Assembly: GCA_964534305.1 (NCBI GenBank)
Contig: CAZHPR010000004.1
Location: 1,980-49,026, forward strand
Direction: 5' to 3'
Source: an uncultured Candidatus Saccharibacteria bacterium
GTDB taxonomy: Bacteria; Patescibacteriota; Minisyncoccia; Phycocordibacterales; WO2-35-19
Length of the DNA: 47,047 bases
The position numbers and the translations under genes are program-made. The notes below the pieces were generated by a model that was given only the letters and a program-made list of their open reading frames with translations, did not search any database and was not told the origin of the DNA. Positions 1 through 7,350 of this stretch are shown here, one piece after another (the stretch's first letter is position 1; each line of letters starts with the position of its first letter).

Positions 1-245
1 TTCTTTGCGAGGCGAGATTTCTTTCGGTCTGCGTTGTTGCCCTTGATCACTCCTTTCTTTGAGGCCTTGTCTATCGCCTTCTGGACCATCGGCATTATTT
101 TGTTTGCTTCGTCTCTTTTGTTTTCAGAAATAAGCTTCTTGTACTGCTTGATCAGATCCCTCATTTCATTAGCTCTTCTTAGATTAAAAACCTTCTTCTT
201 TTTTGAAGATCTTAGGGCCTTTTTTGCTGATTGTGTTATTGGCAT
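1..245 (-). CDS. rpsT: 30S ribosomal protein bS20 (3' end cut by window edge)
   Basis: Not in the ORF track. The reverse complement from ATG (245..243) reads MPITQSAKKALRSSKKKKVFNLRRANEMRDLIKQYKKLISENKRDEANKIMPMVQKAIDKASKKGVIKGNNADRKKSRLAK. This fits the bS20 pattern: a basic MPxxxSAKKxxR N-terminus and a ...RKKSRLA C-terminal region. The listed + ORF 34..252 is its antisense shadow. Confidence 0.85.
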   Translation of the reverse strand, partial: MPITQSAKKALRSSKKKKVFNLRRANEMRDLIKQYKKLISENKRDEANKIMPMVQKAIDKASKKGVIKGNNADRKKSRLAK

Positions 246-367
246 TTTATAGTTAAGAGATTACAGACTACAGACCGTAGTCATGTCAATAGGATAGCAG
301 AGATTTCAAAATTAAGCAAATCTGGTATATTACTAATGACTATGGACTATAATCTAATTACTATCAA

Positions 368-937
368 ATGATTGGCTCAATAAAAGGAAAAGTTTTGGAA
401 AAGAGGGTCTCTAGCCTACTTTTAGACACTGGCAGTATAGGATATATAGTACGCACAACAACAGATTTGATAAGCAAGACTAGAGAAGGTTCGGAAGTTA
501 CCCTATTTACCTACCTTGCGGTTAGAGAAAACTCTCTTGATCTGTATGGTTTTAAAGATAATGAGGATCTTTCTGTCTTTGAACTTTTGTTAGATGTCTC
601 TGGTATAGGGCCAAAGTCAGCTCTTACAATACTAAGTGTTGCCGGAAAAGAAATTTTGCAAGAAGCTGTTTCTACCGGAGATTCTTCAAAACTTACCAAG
701 ATAGGTGGTGTAGGCAAAAAGACGGCCGAAAAAATAGTAGTAGAACTAAGTGGTAAATTGGTAAGAAGTAGCGAAGCCTCTCTTGGGATGCAAGAAGATC
801 TAGATATTCTTGAAGCCCTCAAAACTCTAGGCTATAGAGAGAGGGACGTTCAAGAAGCAATAAAACTATTACCAAAAGATCTAGACGGAGCGAATTCAAA
901 AATAAAAGAAGCGCTAAAAATCCTAAGTAAAAAATAA
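368..937 (+). CDS. ruvA: Holliday junction DNA helicase subunit RuvA
   Basis: N-terminus MIGSIKGKV...LLDTGSIGYIV. Helix-hairpin-helix motifs are present (VSGIGPKSALTIL, IGGVGKKTAEKIV). Length is 189 aa. Confidence 0.9.
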   Translation: MIGSIKGKVLEKRVSSLLLDTGSIGYIVRTTTDLISKTREGSEVTLFTYLAVRENSLDLYGFKDNEDLSVFELLLDVSGIGPKSALTILSVAGKEILQEAVSTGDSSKLTKIGGVGKKTAEKIVVELSGKLVRSSEASLGMQEDLDILEALKTLGYRERDVQEAIKLLPKDLDGANSKIKEALKILSKK

Positions 938-939
938 AA

Positions 940-2250
940 ATGAAAGAATCAAAGATATTAGAAAAAATATTGGATATAGGTAGAAAGATAATACCAAAAA
1001 AAATATTTTTACTGGCCCAACCTATTTATCACTTCTTTCTTGCTGTGACTGGAGTCTTGATATACCGCTTCCCTGCCCAAAAAATAAAGGTAATCGGTGT
1101 AACTGGTACAAAAGGAAAATCAACAACAACAGAAATTTTGAATGCAATTTTAGAATCGGCTGGAAAGAAGACATCTGTTGCAAACACTATTCGTTACAAA
1201 ATTGGTGATAAAGAGTGGAGAAACATGTTCAAAATGACAATGCGTGGCAGATTCTTCACCCAAAGTTTTTTGAGAAAAGCGGTTAATGCCGAAGTTGAAT
1301 ACGCAATCCTTGAAGTCAGCTCCGAGAGCGTCAAACAGTTTCGACACAAATTTTTGGAGATGGATGCGCTTATCTTTACAAACCTTTCCCCAGAACATAT
1401 TGAGTCTCACGGTTCTTACAAAAATTATGTAAATGCAAAAGTTGCAATAGCAAAAGAGCTAGAAAAAACAAGTAAAAAGGAGCCGGTCATAGTAGCCAAC
1501 ACAGACGATGCAGAATCTGAAAAATTTTTAAGTTTAAAAATAAAAAACAAAATCGGTTATTCAATAAACGACGCCTTTGGTGTAAAAGCGGATGAGAACG
1601 GTTCTTCGTTTCAGATCGATAAAGTAGTGATCCACTCAAAACTCGGCGGATTGTTCAATGTGTACAACATGATAGGTGCAATAAAATGTTTGAATCATTT
1701 TGGTATAACAACAGAAGAAGCAAAAATAGGAATAGAAAAAATAGATATGGTTAGGGGTAGAATGGAGAAAATAGAGATGGGCCAAAATTTTGAGGTAGTT
1801 GTTGATTATGCACACACAAAAGAATCTCTCGAGGCCATCTACAAAACATATCAAGGCAAAAAAACTATATGTATACTCGGCAATACCGGCGGAGGGAGAG
1901 ATAAATGGAAAAGAAAAGTTATGGCAGAGACGGCAGATTCTTATTGTGATCAAATAATATTAACCAACGAAGACCCTTATGATGAGGACCCTGTGAGAAT
2001 AATTGAGGATATGAAGGTTGGAATCAAAAACAAGCCGCTAAAGGTGATCCTCGATAGAAGAGAGGCCATCGCCTTCGCCATCTCTACTGCAAAAACTAAA
2101 GCAGCCGAAGGAGACAAGAAAGTAGCAGTTCTCATCACCGGCAAAGGTACCGACCCTTATATAATGGAAGCAAACGGCAAAAAGACTCCTTGGGACGACG
2201 CGAGTGTAGTCCGCGAAGAAATAGGTAAGATTTTAGATATTAGTAATTAG
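940..2250 (+). CDS. murE: Mur ligase family protein, MurE-like (UDP-MurNAc-tripeptide synthetase)
   Basis: P-loop GVTGTKGKSTT, plus DYAHTKESL and LGNTGGGRDKWKR...ILTNEDPYDEDP, which resemble MurE motifs. The N-terminal domain is short. Confidence 0.7.
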   Translation: MKESKILEKILDIGRKIIPKKIFLLAQPIYHFFLAVTGVLIYRFPAQKIKVIGVTGTKGKSTTTEILNAILESAGKKTSVANTIRYKIGDKEWRNMFKMTMRGRFFTQSFLRKAVNAEVEYAILEVSSESVKQFRHKFLEMDALIFTNLSPEHIESHGSYKNYVNAKVAIAKELEKTSKKEPVIVANTDDAESEKFLSLKIKNKIGYSINDAFGVKADENGSSFQIDKVVIHSKLGGLFNVYNMIGAIKCLNHFGITTEEAKIGIEKIDMVRGRMEKIEMGQNFEVVVDYAHTKESLEAIYKTYQGKKTICILGNTGGGRDKWKRKVMAETADSYCDQIILTNEDPYDEDPVRIIEDMKVGIKNKPLKVILDRREAIAFAISTAKTKAAEGDKKVAVLITGKGTDPYIMEANGKKTPWDDASVVREEIGKILDISN

Positions 2251-2295
2251 ATAACAGTAACTGTTAACTGCTATCTGTAATCTAACAACTTTTTT

Positions 2296-3201
2296 ATGCC
2301 GGAATTACCAGAAGTACAAACAACCGTAGCTGGACTACAAGGCGTCATAAGAGGAAAGACAATAAAGAGTGTCTGGTCTGATTTTTACCTCTCTACCGCC
2401 CATAGCAATAGGCAAACAATAAAAAATAAAAGATATTTTGAGAATTTCAAAAAGAAAATAATTGGTTCAAAAATAGTCGACGTCGAGAGAAGAGGCAAAA
2501 ATATTTTGATACATACAAGCCCCCAATCGAAACTTAAAAAAAGCCCGAAAGGTTCGACCGGGGAAGCCTACACTATAGTCGTACATATGAAAATGACGGG
2601 TTGTTTGATGTACAAAAAAGATTATTCCGATGAAAAATATATCCACCTCATTTTCACCCTTTCAAACAATCACTATTTATTACTTTCTGATTTAAGAAAA
2701 TTTGCGTCAGTAACGATATCCGAAACAGAGAATCTCCACTTGCACGAGAGCATAAAATCATTAGGACCAGAACCTCTGGATCCAGATTTTAAAAAAGAAA
2801 GATTTTTAGAAATAATAAAATCTAGAAAAAATTTACCGATAAAATCGGCTCTCTTGGACCAAAGTGGCGTAGTTGGTATCGGCAACATATATTCTGATGA
2901 GATTTTATTTGAAACAGGCATTCATCCCCTATCAAAACCAGCAAACATTCCAGATAAAAAATTAAAAGAGATGTATGATTTTATGAAAAAAATTCTAAAG
3001 TTCTCCATAAGCAAAGGCGGTGATTCAAAATCAGATTACAGAAACGCTTTCGGAGGAAAAGGAGAATTCCAAAATTTTCACAAAGCTTATGGCAACAAGG
3101 GTAAAAAATGTCCAAAGCGAGGCTGTCTTGGTATAATAGAAAGGATTGTTGTGAAAGGCAGGAGTTCCCACTACTGCCCAGCACATCAAAAACAATATTA
3201 A
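2296..3201 (+). CDS. mutM: Formamidopyrimidine-DNA glycosylase (Fpg/MutM)
   Basis: N-terminal MPELPEV catalytic motif, an H2TH region, and a C-terminal zinc finger CPKRGC...HYCPAHQ. Confidence 0.9.
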   Translation: MPELPEVQTTVAGLQGVIRGKTIKSVWSDFYLSTAHSNRQTIKNKRYFENFKKKIIGSKIVDVERRGKNILIHTSPQSKLKKSPKGSTGEAYTIVVHMKMTGCLMYKKDYSDEKYIHLIFTLSNNHYLLLSDLRKFASVTISETENLHLHESIKSLGPEPLDPDFKKERFLEIIKSRKNLPIKSALLDQSGVVGIGNIYSDEILFETGIHPLSKPANIPDKKLKEMYDFMKKILKFSISKGGDSKSDYRNAFGGKGEFQNFHKAYGNKGKKCPKRGCLGIIERIVVKGRSSHYCPAHQKQY

Positions 3202-3202
3202 A

Positions 3203-4138
3203 ATGGACTCAAAAGGAACAATTTTTTTGATTTTAGGGGTTTTTATCCTAATCGGACTATCATTTCAGCCACTCAAAGAAAACCTTGAGAAACAACGTTC
3301 TATGAACAACTTTGACACTAGAGAGACCTCCATAGGCAACAGTACCACATACAGTCAAAACCAAGATGTTGGTGATCAGGTCAAAGAAGCCGAACAAAGA
3401 ATAAAAAACTTAGAAAAAGAATTGGAAAAAAAGGCAGAGGAAGGTAAAAGATCTCCTTATTACAACAAAGTTGATGCTTCATGGATATCCGGACTAGGAA
3501 GCAACGATCCAAACAGAGAATTTATTAGCCTTTATACTTATCTAAATGATGGTGAGAAGGTAAATATTACTGGTTGGTATCTAAAGAGCGAAGTCACTGG
3601 ATATTTTGCTGTGATTGGCAAAGCCTCCCTACTACCATTCCCATTTACCAAAAATGATAGTGACATTATTTTGCAAAAAGGAGATCGCGCTTATATAACA
3701 AAAGGTTTCTCCCCTATAGGAATTTCTTTTCGCACAAATATGTGTACTGGGTACTTTGAAGAAAACACCGAGTTTGTACCTGGACTAGAACTAGCCTGCC
3801 CAAGAGCAATAGATGAGAAGCTTCCAACCTTTTCTTCGATCTATGACAGAAACGATGAGTGCATAAGAATCATAGAAAATATTCCAAGGTGTACAACAAG
3901 AAACGGGCAATATTTTCGAGACTTACCAGATACTGTCCCCTCTAGTTGTAGGTCTTATATAGAGACCAACGTAAACTATAATGCCTGTGTTGCAAAACAC
4001 TTTGGTGATACAAAATTTCCTGGTAACGAATACAGAATATACCTAAACAAGTTTGGGCCTCTCTGGCGCACAAGTAGAGAAAAAATAAACTTGCACGATT
4101 CAAGCGGCCTTATTGTAGATACTATTACAATATATTAG
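3203..4138 (+). CDS. Membrane-anchored secreted protein with a possible lamin-tail-like domain and a Cys-rich C-terminus
   Basis: N-terminal hydrophobic anchor (IFLILGVFILIGL) followed by a coiled-coil segment. The segment REFISLYTY..EKVNITGWYLKSEV resembles the LTD pattern (EyIEL.N...v.LsGW.L). The C-terminal half contains multiple Cys. Confidence 0.4.
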   Translation: MDSKGTIFLILGVFILIGLSFQPLKENLEKQRSMNNFDTRETSIGNSTTYSQNQDVGDQVKEAEQRIKNLEKELEKKAEEGKRSPYYNKVDASWISGLGSNDPNREFISLYTYLNDGEKVNITGWYLKSEVTGYFAVIGKASLLPFPFTKNDSDIILQKGDRAYITKGFSPIGISFRTNMCTGYFEENTEFVPGLELACPRAIDEKLPTFSSIYDRNDECIRIIENIPRCTTRNGQYFRDLPDTVPSSCRSYIETNVNYNACVAKHFGDTKFPGNEYRIYLNKFGPLWRTSREKINLHDSSGLIVDTITIY

Positions 4139-4142
4139 AGAT

Positions 4143-5246
4143 TTAGTCCCAAAATATTCTTTCGATTTGCTCTACAATGTTTTGTCCTTTGCAATGGGAA
4201 AGTATGCCAGTATACGAGCTTACAACTTGCTCAAGATATTCTTTTCTAACATATCCACTATCAAGACGAGTTTTGAGATCAAATAGTTTTTTAAGTAATC
4301 TGTTTTTAGTTTTTGTACGCAATACTCTTCGATGTGGCAACATTACATACCCAAGAAAATCCATACCTTGATAGGCTTTGCGTAAAATTATTTTATTTGG
4401 ATGCATCTCGATTAATAATTTTTCTCTGCAAAACTTTTTCAAATTTTGAATACAATTTTCTAAAAATTTTAAAGAATCAGAAACAATAACAAAATCGTCA
4501 CAATACCGAACATAACACCTCGCCTTAAGTGTATGTTTTATGTATTGATCAAGTTGATTTAAATAAACATTCGAGAATAGTTGACTTGTAACATTTCCAA
4601 GAGGTAAACCTTTGCCCGATGTAAATTCGAAAGAAAAAATGATTTGTTTTATTAAATATAGAAGTCTCTGGTCTATAATTTTTTTGGATAAAAGATCAAA
4701 CAAAATTTTATGATCTATAGAGTCAAAGAACTTCTTGATATCACATTTTAAAATGTAGCAGGATTTAGTATTATTTTTACTAACCTTGCTTAAATATTTT
4801 TCAAACGAAAATATTCCCGCATAAGTTCCTTTGGAATTTCTGGAGGAGTAGGAATGAAATATAAAACTTGGATCAAAAATTTGATACAATTTTCGATATA
4901 CAGCTTGGTAAAGAACCCTATCCCTTACACTGGCTTCATGAATTTTTCTTAGTTTTGGATCATTCTTGAAAAACACCTTATACTTATCGGGTTTCCAAAT
5001 CCCAGATACAAGCGAATTATGGAGAATAAATAAATTATTTTCTAGATTCAATTCAAATTGGGCCACATCTGGTTTTGATCGCTTCCCTTTTCTAAATTCT
5101 TTCCACGCATCCAATAAATTTTCAATACAAATTACATCATAAAAATTACAATTATGAGTACCCCCCCCCCGACACAACTCCTCCTGTTGTTCATAAGATA
5201 AGAATACTCCATCAGGATATTTATCGCACTGGTGAAAAATTTTCAA
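4143..5246 (-). CDS. Diversity-generating retroelement reverse transcriptase
   Basis: N-terminal DGR-RT pattern ENLLDAWKEFRKGKRSKPDVAQFELNLENNL...DPKLRKIHEASVRDRVLYQAV. Motif 4 is LPLGNVTSQLFSNVYLNQLD, the (I/L)GxxxSQ DGR hallmark. The catalytic motif is YVRYCDDFVIV (YxDD). It lies adjacent to a TR/VR pair. The start is uncertain: TTG at 5246 or 5177 as assembled, or ATG at 5194 if the G tract were 11 nt. Confidence 0.9.
   Translation of the reverse strand: MKIFHQCDKYPDGVFLSYEQQEELCRGGGTHNCNFYDVICIENLLDAWKEFRKGKRSKPDVAQFELNLENNLFILHNSLVSGIWKPDKYKVFFKNDPKLRKIHEASVRDRVLYQAVYRKLYQIFDPSFIFHSYSSRNSKGTYAGIFSFEKYLSKVSKNNTKSCYILKCDIKKFFDSIDHKILFDLLSKKIIDQRLLYLIKQIIFSFEFTSGKGLPLGNVTSQLFSNVYLNQLDQYIKHTLKARCYVRYCDDFVIVSDSLKFLENCIQNLKKFCREKLLIEMHPNKIILRKAYQGMDFLGYVMLPHRRVLRTKTKNRLLKKLFDLKTRLDSGYVRKEYLEQVVSSYTGILSHCKGQNIVEQIERIFWD
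5161..5170. repeat. C10 (+) / G10 (-) homopolymer inside the RT 5' coding region and the avd-frame upstream region
   Basis: Ten consecutive C at 5161-5170, bounded by a (5160) and g (5171). It encodes RGGG in the RT frame. Confidence 0.95.
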
Positions 5247-5524
5247 AACGAGATAAACTTGGTATTCACGCGGTTATAGAATCTCTATGTATAGAAATAC
5301 TATCTCTTTCAATTGGGGCAGCTTTAAAACCAAAGGGTTTAAAGCTGTACACCTTGGAAGTATTGCGTATAAAAATTGGAGTTATACAGAATTTAATAAG
5401 ATCAGAAAACGAAATTGGTATTATTGACCCAAAAACTTATATAAGAATCTCCGGGCAATTAGTAGAAATTTCAAAGATGGTAAACGGGTGGATAAACTTT
5501 GTATTAGGGAAAGAGTCTCCATAA
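5171..5524 (+). CDS. avd: Avd-like accessory variability determinant (four-helix-bundle family); no canonical start codon with the tract as assembled
   Basis: Not in the ORF track. The + frame is open from 5096 to the stop at 5522-5524 and reads ...VVHKIRILHQDIYRTGEKFSKRDKLGIHAVIESLCIEILSLSIGAALKPKGLKLYTLEVLRIKIGVIQNLIRSENEIGIIDPKTYIRISGQLVEISKMVNGWINFVLGKESP*. It matches Avd / 23S-IVS four-helix-bundle patterns as I recall them: F(P/S)KxxKxxLG, and a C-terminal E(I/V)xKMxxGWI. The first in-frame ATG/GTG/TTG is TTG at 5354. ATG at 5154 becomes in frame only if the C tract is 11 nt (or 8). Confidence 0.6.
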   Translation, partial: DTTPPVVHKIRILHQDIYRTGEKFSKRDKLGIHAVIESLCIEILSLSIGAALKPKGLKLYTLEVLRIKIGVIQNLIRSENEIGIIDPKTYIRISGQLVEISKMVNGWINFVLGKESP

Positions 5525-5550
5525 AATATGAAGACTCTTCTGACCCAGAA

Positions 5551-5666
5551 ATTTCCAGGCGAGCACCCCCGTTCGGATTCTTGTAGTCCGGATTGTTCCA
5601 GCTGAACCTCACCTTGTGGTTGTCGGGGTTCCAGTTGCCGTTCGCGACCTTGCCGGAAGGCAGACG
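5551..5666 (-). repeat. DGR template repeat (TR)
   Basis: 116 bp aligning without gaps to 5968-6083. The 17 mismatches are all T on the + strand here, which is A on the - strand. In the VR frame it encodes LPSGKVANGNWNPDNHKVRFSWNNPDYKNPNGGARLEI, with 8 Asn AAY codons. Confidence 0.95.
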
Positions 5667-5945
5667 CCCATATTAGCACCGCACTTTGTCCTTATCACCG
5701 GAAATCATTTATATTTTAAATAATTTCTTGAGTTATCTTTTCATGAGTAGAGGTATCACGAGTATATTCGTGCATAGTATAAAATGTGGCACGCAATTTC
5801 TTTATTTTGGCAAATTGTTATCCTGTTTTTGATAGAATCAATTTAACAGCCAATTTTTATTATATAAAAAGAAGTGACGGAGACCAAACGAGATCTCCGC
5901 CACACCGCTTCCCTCTTGCAGAAAAATTGAACAATGGAAGAAGAT

Positions 5946-6743
5946 TTAAGCAAGAAGGGGAACTTGGATTGCCAGGCGAGCACCCCCGCACGGATTCCCG
6001 CAGTCCGGATAGTCCCAGCTGAACCCCACCCTGCGGCTGCCGGGGTGCCAGTCGCCGAACGCGACCTTGCCGGAAGGCAGACGATTGTTTGGAAACCAGG
6101 TAAAAGTCCTGGGGTCCAGATATTGCCGCGTCACCGAATAATGGAGACCAAGAGCAAAGGCGTACCCACGCTGACTTAGCCAGTTTTTGCCCCTTGCAAC
6201 CAACTGATCAGGCGACATATTCATCGTGTCTTCGTCCGGCTCGATTGAATTGTTGATGAAGTGTAGTGTCGGTCCATCATTTGCTCCCGAGCCGGAATAA
6301 TGCACCACATCCATCTCTTCATAAACCGCAAGTCCAAGGCTTTTCAGGGCCTTTTCGACAGCATCCCGATTGGTGAGTCCGCCCGGATCAAAGACCGGGA
6401 TCACACTCCTCCAAGGAAGGGTGTCGGGAATAGCAAACCGTTCGCGAAAACGGATTTCAACTCCGAGATAATCCTTCGCAAACTTCTCTGCCTCCCTGAG
6501 CCACTGATCCGGGTCGGTATCTGTCGTACTGAACATGATGGGCGGGGCGACAATTGACGGCTCCACACTTTCCGACTGTGGGAGAACGAACCCGCGACAG
6601 ATAGCCGCCGGAAGTTCTTCAAGATGCTGCTCGTACCAGAAGATTTCAGCTTCGGTCAGAGCGAGAAAATTGGGGACTGCTTTGAGTCCCAAGTTATAGG
6701 CACGTTTGACTAAGGGTGTGTCCATTGGACGTTTCCTTTTCAC
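5946..6743 (-). CDS. DGR target (variable) protein with a C-terminal VR, probable C-type-lectin-like fold
   Basis: 265 aa with a GTG start. The last 45 aa or so, ...LPSGKVAFGDWHPGSRRVGFSWDYPDCGNPCGGARLAIQVPLLA, are encoded by the VR. The VR ends 7 codons before the stop, which is the canonical position. The gene is visibly GC-rich relative to its neighbours. Confidence 0.85.
   Translation of the reverse strand: MKRKRPMDTPLVKRAYNLGLKAVPNFLALTEAEIFWYEQHLEELPAAICRGFVLPQSESVEPSIVAPPIMFSTTDTDPDQWLREAEKFAKDYLGVEIRFRERFAIPDTLPWRSVIPVFDPGGLTNRDAVEKALKSLGLAVYEEMDVVHYSGSGANDGPTLHFINNSIEPDEDTMNMSPDQLVARGKNWLSQRGYAFALGLHYSVTRQYLDPRTFTWFPNNRLPSGKVAFGDWHPGSRRVGFSWDYPDCGNPCGGARLAIQVPLLA
5968..6083 (-). repeat. 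DGR variable repeat (VR)
   Basis: Counterpart of the TR. 14 codons are altered by 17 substitutions (A to G x11, A to T x4, A to C x2 on the coding strand). The 3'-terminal 16 nt on the coding strand (GGGGGTGCTCGCCTGG, + 5972-5987) are identical to the TR at 5555-5570 and contain no A, which is IMH-like. Confidence 0.95.
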
Positions 6744-6828
6744 AAAGAATTTTGCTGGTTTATAGGTCCAGCAATCTTTATTAAGTATATCATATTATTA
6801 GTTAAAATACAAGGATAAGATTTAAAAT

Positions 6829-6845
6829 AGCCTTAAAGTAAGGCT
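6829..6845 (-). terminator. Hairpin after the trmH-family gene
   Basis: AGCCTTA-AAG-TAAGGCT is a 7-bp stem. On the - strand it is followed by ATTTTAAA. Confidence 0.4.
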
Positions 6846-6848
6846 TAC

Positions 6849-7331
6849 TTAGTATAAAATACTATACAAAATAATACCTACAGTAACGGCTACATTCAAA
6901 GACTCCTTCTTACCTTTCATTGGTATCTCCACAATCAAATCACAAAGCTCTAAGTCTTCCTTACCAATTCCATCTACTTCATTACCAAAGACAAAAGCAA
7001 GATTCTTGATTCCAGATTCTTGAATCTCTTTTTTTAGGGATCTGTAATCAATAGCATTTTTATCTTGTTCCACTGCAATTATTTTAAATCCCTCTTCTTT
7101 TAATTTTTCAGTTAAATTTTTTAATTTTTCTACCTTCTCCCACTCTACAAAATTTTCTGCCCCCAAAGAAGATTTCTCTAACTTACTATTTTTTCTTCCA
7201 AACCGATCGACGGGAGCTGGGGTGATACCAACCAAATAAACTTTGCTGACACCGGAGGCGTCGGCAGTGCGAAATATAGAACCGACGTTTTCCATACTTC
7301 TTATGTTGTTTAGAATGACAACCGTATTCAT
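6849..7331 (-). CDS. SpoU/TrmH-family RNA 2'-O-methyltransferase
   Basis: SpoU motifs ENVGSIFRTADASG, FGNEVDGI and SLNVAVTVGI. Length is 160 aa. Confidence 0.8.
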   Translation of the reverse strand: MNTVVILNNIRSMENVGSIFRTADASGVSKVYLVGITPAPVDRFGRKNSKLEKSSLGAENFVEWEKVEKLKNLTEKLKEEGFKIIAVEQDKNAIDYRSLKKEIQESGIKNLAFVFGNEVDGIGKEDLELCDLIVEIPMKGKKESLNVAVTVGIILYSILY

Positions 7332-7350
7332 AAACTGCTATAATACACGT

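Noticed and set aside
34-252. ORF 34..252 (+), a hydrophobic 72-aa protein
   Set aside because: It is antisense to a clear bS20 (rpsT) reading frame that runs off the window edge.
4143-5246. Reverse transcriptase as a group II intron maturase or a retron RT
   Set aside because: It has no maturase X or En domain, and no intron domain V/VI-like RNA or msr/msd-like inverted repeats nearby. Motif 4 is the DGR-type LGxxxSQ, and a TR/VR pair with A-only divergence lies adjacent.
5421-5679. ORFs 5421..5612 and 5437..5679 (-) across the template repeat
   Set aside because: They are read-through of the non-coding TR. One mimics the target C-terminus only because the TR is a copy of the VR. Neither has an independent start context, and both run into antisense avd.
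5786-6179. + strand ORFs 5786..6022 and 5934..6179, and other ORFs inside the target gene (6300..6557 +, 6401..6622 -)
   Set aside because: These are shadow ORFs in GC-rich DNA, on the opposite strand or in an alternative frame of the VR-bearing target gene. Their translations are low-complexity Pro/Arg/Gly-rich sequence.
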